From contig CM119265.1 in NCBI GenBank assembly GCA_051294375.1, positions 16,953,172 through 17,017,171 of the forward strand: 64,000 nt of DNA, in the 5' to 3' direction. A model generated the notes under the pieces. The model ran no database searches. It had not been told where the DNA came from and saw only the letters and a list, made by a program, of their open reading frames with translations. A program made the translations under genes and the position numbers. Positions 45,724-55,951 of this stretch are shown piece by piece. Source of the DNA: Paraspadella gotoi. Taxonomy: Eukaryota; Animalia; Chaetognatha. The first letter of the stretch is position 1; every line of letters starts with the position of its first letter.

Positions 45724-47463
45724 CCCTTACCCGCTTGGTAATCGTCGTCGCCTTCGAAACACATTGAAAATTTGGTGTCACTACCCTGGTTGTGCTCGGC
45801 GAACACGCAACTTTCTCATATTCGAGAGAGAGCGAGAGACTCGGTTGAAATGTGCATAAAGAAAAATGAGAGACGCACGCCGTCGCACACAAGTTACTCG
45901 CACGGCTCCCCCACCTCCAGCCAACCCTGCCCCCCCCCAACCCCAAACGCTTCCCTCGCTTTTTTTTTTCCGTCGCTCAAATTCTAGACTTAATATTGAT
46001 TTTTCCAAGTAGGTTTCCATGAGCCGGAGCCAACTTCCATTAATTTGGCACGGAATATGGAATACTTTTTATCGCAGTTTTTCCCCTCCCACGAGAGAAA
46101 AATAGAGAACGGCGAATAGTAATTTGGGTTTTATTTTTCCGAATTATTATCGAGCGGCCGATCTTTTCCTCTACTCTTTCCTACCCCAAGGGCCTCCTCC
46201 AACTCACGCCAAACGCTGTTCAGCCATGGCGTCGTTGTAAAGGTAAAATTATTTCCCGGCGAAGAAAAAAAAAAGTTTTTTTTTTTGTTTTTGCCAACAA
46301 ACATTAAAAAAAAGTAAATTATGATTTTTTTGGGGGGGGGAAAAAATTTATTTTAAATTTTTACTTCCTCCCACCTCTCCTGTTTCTGGCACATGATAGA
46401 ATATTAAAATTATAAAACTTAATTACGCGACGTCATAGTAATTTCCCCGCCAGGGCCAGGTTCCCTCAACCCGCCCGACGAAAATTTCCGCCATAAGTGA
46501 AAGTCCTAAATTCATTAACTCTGTCGCGGCTTCATTTTCAATTCCGTCGACGTCGAAAAAACCGCCGCCGCCGATGCGGCGCGCCCTCTGTTCCTCTCCA
46601 CCGCCTCCACGGGCGCCTCCGCCATCCGGAAAAATGGCGCGGCAAGGTTTTATCGAGTTATTGGCATCCGTAATAGCGACGATAACGATGAAATATGTAC
46701 GACGACCGGGAGAAGCTCGGGTTTTCCCCATTTTGCGGCAATTAAGAGATTTTTAATGTACAACAGCGATAAAGATATCTCGTCGTCGAGGAGAAAAAAA
46801 AAAGGCGAGGGTTGGAAGCTTGATAGAGACAGAGAGGGAGGGCCAAGACGGAGAATGAGATTGGGGGGGGGGAAGGAAACTCTCGCGCAGCATTTAATAT
46901 TAGATAAGATGAGGCTTGTGCCATGGCTGCCAGAACCGAGTTTGTTTAGCTATTAAAAACCGGCGCGAGCTAGTGGTTTAGTGCACTTGTTCAAAAAGAG
47001 GTGGCTCTAGTGGTTTTGAGTTTAGTAAGGCACAACTTATCTCAAACTCGGTCCACCCCCTCCTTCCCCGCTTGAAGTCCGGGTTTTGAAGTGTGGGTAG
47101 GAGGGTCGTATCTCTCTCTCTCTCTCCGCTCGAGTTGTCGCGGTTCTTTTCCGCCATTGCTCTCCCACCCGCCACCCCCCTCTCCCCCGCCTCCTTCACC
47201 CCCCCCCACTCCGAACTCGGCGACGCGCTCGACTCGCTCGCGCAAACATTAACCGCGTATATACATAGATACGTCACGTCGCGGCCGCGTCACGTGACCC
47301 GTGGCGTGACATCAGTCGGTAATTTATTGAGTTCAGGCACGACGTAATATTTTCCGCGGGTCTGTCGCGCGGAGGGGGGAGTGGGGGGGGAAAGTACGGG
47401 AAGGGAAATAGGGAAAGCGAGATGTTGGCGTTTTGAAACGAGTACCGCGTATCTATTTTCCGA

Positions 47464-47553
<90 letters not shown>

Positions 47554-49588
47554 TCGCCCGTTCATTGCACCAACCACTTTTTTTTTTCGCGTTGGCAATT
47601 ATTAAATGCCTCGCAGATTGCTACCCTCCTAAAACATTAAAAACAGAAAAATGCGATAAAACTTTCGCAGAACGGGAGAGAAGCGCGAGTAAAGAAAAAA
47701 AAAGAAAAAAAAGAAAAAAAAAACCGTTTATTTCTCGTTCCATGGGGAACGTCATTGCCGCTTCCTCTTCTGCCCCCCCCCCTCTTTCTCTCTCTCTCGA
47801 TTACGATGGAGAAATTCTGCGGCATTGTCGTTGCCCCGTTATAAAACGGAGAAGTGGGAAATTTCCATTTTCATTAAGAAGCGTTCTTGGTTCGGCGCAA
47901 TACTTTGGGGAGAATTGATGTCTTAACATTCCGACTCTGAATCATAACTTTTCTCTCCCCGAGTTTATGGCAAAACTCGGCGACGTCTCATGAGAGTTTA
48001 AGGAGTGTCTTTTTTTTTTTTTCTTCTTTCCCGCGGTTCCCGACAATTTTTTTTTGAATTCGTCATCATCTTTTTTCTCAGATTATTACAGAATCTGTAA
48101 TAATCTGTAATACAGATTCATTTTTACTTTTTTTAAAAAATATAAATATGAATAAAAAGATGAAACTATGAAAAATAGCGAAACTAATTATTTTTTTTTT
48201 TAAATTCGTTGTACTGTTCACCCAAGTACATTCTTTCATTTATCTCTGGAAAAAAAAAAAGACCCCGTCGCCGGAAATAATTTCATGCTAAAAAAAAAAA
48301 AAAAATTTGCAATCCTTCGTAATGAAAAAGCGTTGGGAGCGACGTCGTAAAAAGAGATCCACCTGAGAGCGACCTCATGCATCATCTTGCATGATTCATT
48401 GCGACCGCAAATTTTCGTATATATTTACATGGAATCTCCCCCAAAATGGAACCTCCATCCGCCTCCGGTTTTTAAAGAGGAAACCGCTTCATTGAAAAAT
48501 GAATTAAATTCGGGAGGGAGGGAAAGTGAGAGAGAGTAAAAGGGAGGCCCCCTTTCTAAAAACCCCGGATGCTCGATCGGGGCCTCCCTTAATGGTTCCC
48601 TTCACTCATCTGTCATTGAAGACTTGATTTCGGGCGGAGCCAGATGAGGCCCGCGAGGTCCCGATGTGCCATGCTTCCGAACTTGCTTCCGTATTTTAAT
48701 TTTTTGTTGTTTTGTTGGAAATTCAAGCCTAAAGGCGAGAGAGCGAGCGAGCGAGAGAGCGAAAGAGAAGGGAGAGCGGAATTAAACTGATGGGGGGGAG
48801 CGGCGCGCCGCGGGGGAGTGGAAGGGTTGAGCGAGCGTTCGTTTGGTGGTGGGGGGGGGTGGTGGTGAAGGGCTAATTCCTTTAAAATTTCGGAGTCGAA
48901 TCTCATTCGGGAAAACGAAGATCACGTGACCCACGAAAAAACGTCACGTGATCCAAGATGGCGGCTTTTTCTTGGTCCCAGATGGGAGCGAATCTTCGAT
49001 GGACCGAAAGTGACATCTGGGAAAAGAGTGGAGAAAAGTGAGTGAGACAGACGAAAATAGAAGAGAGAGAATGAAAGAAAAAGAGCTTTGAAATAAGTGC
49101 GATGGCGGGGGGGAGACGTGAGCTAAATGGCTTTGTAAGAAAAAAAAAAGGTAAGAATAAGAGACAAAAAAAATCGAACGTAACAATGAAATGGTCAAAA
49201 AGAAAAAAAAGAGAAAAACTGAAGAATTAACGATAAACGGCTTGCTTTGTCACTATTTTTCAAACAAAGAAATCCGTAGACAGACAATGCAAATAAAAGG
49301 GTGATTGAAAGGGACGAGAAACAACCCTGCATTTCGGAAAGAAGTCACGACTTACCCGCGACCCAACCGAAAATGGGAAGGGTCAAGTCTCTCGAAAAAC
49401 TGGCTTCCATCTCGATCCCTTTCGGTTTTGTTTGCCTCGGATCAAAAATGCGTCGACAGATGCGGGCCAATAACTATAAAAGGAAAGGGGCATTGAAATG
49501 GAAGAAAGTGTATGATTATTCTCGCGAAAGACGAACCACGCTGAGGGTTTAATAAGAGTTGGGCCGGATTTCGAGGGGGCACGAAGAT

Positions 49589-49683
<95 letters not shown>

Positions 49684-52600
49684 TAAAAGATAAAAAAAAA
49701 AGATAAAGAATTAAAAAGGGAGAAGTAATTCTTTCTCCAGCGAGAAGCCGTCGGGCCGATGGGGCCTGCCGGGCGTTTACGGTTTATCGAAGCCTTCGAG
49801 AAATTTATGTAAATCAAACGCCGAGTCGCATTAACTTTCGAGTTTGACGGGAGGGAATCACTTAACTGGGGGATCGCCTCGATAAAAACTCGTTTTTATC
49901 TAAGATACATTCTGCTCTTTCGATTACAATCTGACCTATGGCCCAATTTTCTAATCCTGCTTGTTTAAAAGCCGGGATCTCGATTTTCTTTTTCTATTTA
50001 ATTCTTTCTTCTTTCTCATTCTCGCTTTCTCTTGTTTGATTTCATTTTTATTCTTTTCTTCTTTATTCTTTCTTTCTTTATTTCGCCCCTGTCTCGAAGA
50101 CCAGCGGGTCCATTCTTCCAATAGAGCGCGACGACGAAAGAGGCTTCGCTCTGTGGAAAATAATTGTTCTCTCAAATGGGTTCGTCCATTCGGTCTTCCT
50201 CGCGAGAACGAGACCAGAGCTGTCGCTACTGGTCCGAGGGTTTTTTTTTGTCTCGGAGAGGTTCTTTGTTTGTGCGATACTACAATGTCTTAACCATTTC
50301 CCTTCCCTTTCCACTTTTTTTTTCATTTTCCTGATAAATTATTCCTTCCTTCATTTCGTACGGGTTTTTTTAAGACTTTAAAACCTCTTCGATGAAGAGG
50401 GAGGGAAAAAAACCTGCCAAAAGCAGACCCCCAAAAAAAAGATGGTATCAATTATTAATTATATTATATATCGAATTTCTCTGGCTACTATTAATATTTA
50501 ATTACGGGAGAGTTGCGGTTGAGCATGATGAGGAGGAGCCAAGGAGAAGAGATTGTCGGGGGGAAGAGGAGAAAGAGACGGGTTCGCCGGTTTCAAAGAA
50601 AAAAAAAGAGTTGATGTCAGCTTTTGTCCCGATGAAGGCAGCTGCTCTGATTCGATTTGGAACAAAGGAGTGTCGCGGGTAGAGGGTTAGCCCTTCTGCG
50701 CGAAAGCCTTGCGTTCGATTCCGACTCCGCGTATTAATGTAGTTGACGGACATTTGTAGTTGTCGATGTCCGCGCGATGAACGACTAAGATCGAGAAACT
50801 GAAAGGTAGAAATCGACGGATCAAACTCGAGCTCGCGGTGAAGAAAAAAAAATCGCTTCTTCGATCGTCTCTGCCCGATGGATGAAAACCTTGATTTCAC
50901 GATAAAAGTAAATAACTAGTCGTTTGTAAATGCCAACATACGACGAATGTCAATGCTGAGAAATGGGATTTTTCGGATATCTGACATTTATTTCCTTTAT
51001 TTTAGGCCAATTAAAAAAAACAGAAAAAACTTGGAAGTAAACAAGATTCTTTTTTCCTTAACTTAATTTATCAAAACTTCTCCATTATCTATCAAACAAG
51101 GAAAGGGGAGAAAAAGAACGAAATTTTTCAAGTGCGAAATTCGAGTTTTAAAATCTTAATGGTACATATGAGCGAACAAATAGTATTCTCATTTTTTACT
51201 TGTACGTCCAATTTTCGTTACAATAATTCGTTATTCCTCCTCTCAGGACAAATTTTCCGGTCCGTTGACGCCCTCGTCACCGTCTCCCACGGGCAGCTCG
51301 TCCAAAGAATTCCCACCGCCGCCCCCAACGACGTCGTCTCACGCTTTCGCCCTCAACTTTTCCGGGGGCCACCAGGCCAAAAGAGCGGTTACTTCTTCGC
51401 CCCCAAACGCGTTGGTCGGCCCCATAAGCCCGCGCTCCCACGTTTTCGCCAACGGGCAAAACGGTGAGATATCTTTCAATTTTCGCTCGACCGCTTCGTC
51501 TTACGCAAAACGAACATAGAATTAAACTCGATCTCCACTTTATTTTTATCAGGAGGCCTGCATCCGTTTAATCACAAAAACGAAAGTTTATACCGTTCCC
51601 CTCTCGTCATGCCGCCCGACCCACATCCGCAACTTCCGCCCACTTCCGGGGCGTTAGCGGCGGCGGCTGCGGCGGCCGCCGCGGCGACGACTCTCAACCG
51701 ATCTCCTGGCTCAATCGCTCATCTCTTTCCCAACGGCCCTAACGAACCGGGGCGCGACCACATTCACAACCTGAGCAAGAGCAACAACTCTTCCCCTTCT
51801 CACGGCAATCGACCTATAGTCAGCAACGCGGTGCACCGTCACGACAACGTCACCGACCCCAACGTCAAAGTCTTCAAGTGCACCATGTGCCCCTACGCGA
51901 CCAAGCATCGCAGCAATCTGTACATTCACATCAGAAAACATACAGGTGAGTCAAACATTTAGGTTAAGAGGAAAAAATGCGATCAAGTGATAAACGTAAA
52001 CAATCACCTTCGATCGGATCGTAGGTGAAAAGCCTTACTGGTGTGGGGCTTGTCTCTCACGATTCTCTCAATTGAATCCCCTCAAACAACACGTAAACAA
52101 TAAACACGGAGGGATTACTGACTTTATCCGAATGGACAAGAAAGAAGGAAGAACTCGCTACATCAAACACTGGAGCAAGGTGGATCAGGTGAGATGTAGT
52201 AGCTCTTTTTTTCCTACCCCGTTCAGGTTGATCTTATCCTGGACAACTTGGCTACTATATCTCGCTTGATTCTGACCGCTTAGTGATAGATGTAATGTAG
52301 TTTCTATCCGCGCAAATAGTCTGAATATAAATATTTAAAATTTTTAAATAAAACTTCAATCGCAAGAACTAAAATATTTTTGTTTTGTTTTTGCAGGGGA
52401 AAAACCGTATTGGTGCATAGCCTGCAAGGCTCGGTTTTCGCAATTGCACCCCCTGAAACAACATGTTATAAATAAACATGGAGGAAATTCAGACCTAATT
52501 CGCATGGATAAGAAAGAAGGACGAACGCGTTACATAAATCACTGGAGCTCTCAGGATCAGGTGGGAGAGAAGTCCGAAAATAGCCTTTAAACACGTCTAA

Positions 52601-54177
52601 CCATTTAACTTAATTGACTGAATTGTAAATTCATTATCTACTAGGTGCAATTTGTTGCTCCACCTAACATGGGCAACCATCTCACTAACAACGGCGTCCC
52701 GACATCATCCAGCGGGCCTGGCAACGGCCTACTCAGTCTTCAGAATCCTCCCCATACCACTAACTCGCGAATCCCGCCCTCTCTCGACATGAACGCGCTT
52801 CTCAAACAGAACCAGATGTTGCAAAACATGTTCAACTTTGCTCCGAACGCCAAAGGGCCTTTCGACCCGCTTCAAGCTCTCGGCGCTGCGGACCAGTTAA
52901 AGAATGCCGCGGAGCAAATTAAGGCCGTTGCAGCGGCCGCTGCCGGTCAAGCTCCCGGTCAACCAGGAGCCGGCGATGTTGGTGGAATCGGTAATTTGTT
53001 AGAAACCGGAGGTCTCTTCAATCAACAGCTATCTGCGCAAAAATTGGCGCAACTCGCCGGGCTGGGCAATAACTACCAACAGTATTTTGCCAATGAGGCG
53101 ATGAAGCAGCTTGCTGCTGCCGCCAAAGCCTCCAACGACCAAAGAAGCAGTCCCGGCCCCATGTCTCCCCACAACGCGCAAAACGGAAAACACAGTCCCT
53201 CCCTATCTCCCCTGAGCCACGCCCAAAGATCCGAAGCGGACGCCAACCGAAATCGAGAAAAACCTGACCCTTTCCAGAGAAATTTTGGGTTTCCCCCTCC
53301 CGACTTCGCCAACGCCGATTCTCAAGGCCCCGGCAACAAAGACCGTGAGGCCCTCGAAAGATCTCTTGCCGAAAAGATGAAGATGCCCACGAGCTCCTCT
53401 CCGTCTAACGCGGAGGCGGCGGCTCAGGCTGCGCTTCTGAAGCAGATCAACGACTTGGCTGGTCGCGGGTTTCCGCCCGGGGCCGCCGGTCTCGCGGGCC
53501 TCCTCGATCAAGGCCGATTCCGCCAGGAAGAGAAGTACGCTGACGCCGGTTTCTTTTCCGATCTGGCTCGTCTCATTCCCGACAGCGAAGAATCCATCCT
53601 TCCCCTCATGCGAAAGTTCCAGGGCAACCCCAACCACGGTCCCCACGGGCCCATCTCTCCACGATTCAACCCCGATTTACGCCTGCCCGTCTTGAGCCGA
53701 CCGCCCAGCGCCGACCATATTTTGCGCAACGGAAACAACCCGGGCAGCCCGCGATCGTCTCGGCCATTCGAGACGCGCAGCCCTTCGCCGCGCAGGCCTG
53801 CCTCCCGCGACCGATCTCCGTTACGCGACGACTCGTCCTCCAGAGACAGATCCCCTTCCAGAGTCTCGACGCCTCCGCGGGACAAGGGAACCCCCAGAAG
53901 TCCACGTTTCGACCAGGAGGAAGAAGGGCGCGACGGAGCGGCACCAAACGAGGGCTGCGCCTCCGACCGTTGTTCTGAGGAGGGAAAAGAGAACAACGGC
54001 AATTGCGGATGCTCGTCCAAGAGTCAGTTGAGGGATCTCAGGGCTAACGTGTTGGAGCTTATTACGATGTTGGTCCCCGATTTCGATTTGGGACAAAAAG
54101 GAAGAGAAATCGACCTTAACTCGTCGAAGGTCGACGATTTGATCACTGAATTTATCTCGGGCGTCTCCGCCAAATGA
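44039..54177 (+). CDS. C2H2 zinc-finger protein, likely transcriptional repressor, ~855 aa. Exons 44039-44299, 51247-51463, 51553-51945, [52025-52188 OR 52397-52560], 52645-54177
   Basis: All junctions are GT-AG and phase-compatible (0,1,1,0). Finger 1 FKCTMCPYATKHRSNLYIHIRKH, TGEKPY linker split by an intron, finger 2 in an alternative exon. N-terminal PLDFS and KKRK, Ala/Gln/Pro-rich middle, RS/SP-rich segment. Confidence 0.85.
52025..52188 (+). CDS. Alternative exon 4a: zinc finger 2 variant (G)EKPYWCGACLSRFSQLNPLKQHVNNKHGGITDFIRMDKKEGRTRYIKHWSKVDQ
   Basis: tag| acceptor, CAG|GTGAGA donor, 164 nt, phase 1 to 0. Confidence 0.85.
52251..52275 (+). promoter_or_regulatory. Intronic RNA element complementary to the 5' splice sites of both alternative exons
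   Basis: GCTACTATATCTCGCTTGATTC (52251-52272) pairs with 52182-52203 over 22 bp. TCTCGCTTGATTCTGA (52260-52275) pairs with 52551-52566 over 16 bp. Each helix has 4 G-U pairs and no mismatches. Confidence 0.65.
52397..52560 (+). CDS. Alternative exon 4b: zinc finger 2 variant (G)EKPYWCIACKARFSQLHPLKQHVINKHGGNSDLIRMDKKEGRTRYINHWSSQDQ
   Basis: Strong ttttgtttttgcag| acceptor, CAG|GTGGGA donor, 164 nt, phase 1 to 0. Paralog of 4a; not shown in the ORF track. Confidence 0.88.
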
Positions 54178-54270
54178 GCTTTTTCATTCTTTGATCAGTA
54201 ACGATGTACAATCAGCAAACAAAACATAAAACTACCTTGTACCGCGTGTCATTCCTTCCATAGTTCTCAA

Positions 54271-54276
54271 AATAAA
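54271..54276 (+). terminator. Candidate polyadenylation signal of the zinc-finger gene
   Basis: AATAAA ~95 nt after the stop codon; unverified. Confidence 0.35.
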
Positions 54277-55384
54277 TCGATCATGAATACGAGATTACCT
54301 TGCCTTTTGCCATAGAGAAAACAAATTGTTTCATTACCACACCTCTTGTCATAAGTGCCGCTTGTTCGTTAGTGATAAATAATCATTCCAAAATCATATC
54401 ATGTCTCGTATAAGTTTTTAAGGTGGGCGATTTATCGACCATATCAACAGTACGTACTTACTACTTGTAGTTTTATTGTGGTTATAATTCTCCATATTGA
54501 TCGAATCGATCCAAAAAGCATAGTGAAAACCCATCACCGATTTAAAGTTACACTAAACAGAATAATCTTCCTTTTGTATTGTGTGAATTATTATTTATAA
54601 CAGTTTAGAAAATTGCATGATTACGTGCAGAATATTTATATATTCGTTGTCATTTTTCCGAGTCAATGAATATTTTTTTTTCAATCTTTTTTCAAGCGAT
54701 CGTTGGAACTATTCACCTGTATATTATTACATCACTAGTATTTGACCCACGATACGAGAAAAAGCATTGCCAATAATTTCTTTGCTTTTAAAAATACTTC
54801 AAAACAGTTTATATTACAAAATGTTAAATCTCTGTCAACTCCATCTGGTTAATTAATGGTTACTTCCCCCACTTTTGGTTCGCTTCCAGTAGACTGTGAT
54901 AGATTTTTTCAATACGTATCTTTTACCCTCATAAAACTTCAAATTCATAACGTCCAGCTCTCCCATGACACTATTTCATTCATTTCATCTATCTTAGTCC
55001 AAACTAATTTTATGAAATAAATTAAGTAATTTTCTATGGAATTCAATCAGACGATTTAAAAAAAAAAACAGTGAAGTTGCGAAGACTGCATAAAAGCTTT
55101 AAACCAGATTTTTAATTTGCACTTAATGAGGCCTAAAATTGCTTTGAACGTTGTCCCAATTTAAAACTTATTTAACATTTTAAATCTTACCCAAAATGTA
55201 AATGTTCTTGTGCATATCATGAAAATAAAGTATTCCTTCTTGAAAATGTTTTTTGATTGTAATTTTATTGTTACCGTTATGAAAAAAAGAAATGATTATT
55301 GAGCTAGACGCAAACAAGACAAGTATTCCGCCGAGTACTAACTCTAAGTACAATTCATACTTTCTTACCTGCCGCTGGTTAGCC

Positions 55385-55951
55385 ATGGAAAAATATTTAC
55401 GACCGAAGCAAAAGCAAGAGTTTCGAAAGTTTTTCGACATGTGCAAAAATCCAGAAACCGGGCGTCTGCCTATCAAACGCCTGCAGCAGATCCGAGCCGA
55501 TCTCGGCTTCAACGAATCGGAAGAAGTGCTGACGACCCGCGTCACGCAGCAGATTTCGCTCTTCGCCGCTGTGAACGGAATTCGGTTTCGGGAATTTCTG
55601 CCCTACGTCATGGAGAAGTTGCCCGACGACGAGGAGTTCGACATCGAGCTCGAGAGAGTCTTTGACGAGCTCGATCTCAATCAGGACGGGGTTCTCGACG
55701 AAAGGGAGATTCTGGCGGCGAGCAGGCGGAACGAAGCTCCCACTGGCGAGAAGATGGACGACTACGACGCCAAATTCGTCCTCGACGACGCGGAGAAACG
55801 CCGCGGGCTCGGATCCAAGATCTACGAAGATTCTTGGCAGCAGTTCGAAAGACCGGAGAAGAAGAAGAGCCTCCCTTGGGGAAGTCGCCCGCGGCAGAAG
55901 GGAGGGTTTTGTCTGAAATTTAGTGATTTCTGCGACATAGTTCAAGAATGA
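55385..55951 (+). CDS. Intronless divergent calmodulin/centrin-like EF-hand protein (188 aa)
   Basis: GCCATGG start context. Four-EF-hand layout (EFRKFFD..., IRFREFL, ELERVFDELDLNQDGVLDEREI, LKFSDFCDIV). Only DLNQDGVLDERE is a canonical Ca2+ loop. Confidence 0.8.
   Translation: MEKYLRPKQKQEFRKFFDMCKNPETGRLPIKRLQQIRADLGFNESEEVLTTRVTQQISLFAAVNGIRFREFLPYVMEKLPDDEEFDIELERVFDELDLNQDGVLDEREILAASRRNEAPTGEKMDDYDAKFVLDDAEKRRGLGSKIYEDSWQQFERPEKKKSLPWGSRPRQKGGFCLKFSDFCDIVQE

Noticed and set aside
53073-54096. Minus-strand ORFs overlapping the zinc-finger last exon
   Set aside because: Antisense shadows of GC-rich coding sequence.
55292-55384. Upstream in-frame ATG extending the EF-hand ORF
   Set aside because: AT-rich and not EF-hand-like; ATG 55385 has a better context and gives a calmodulin-like start.
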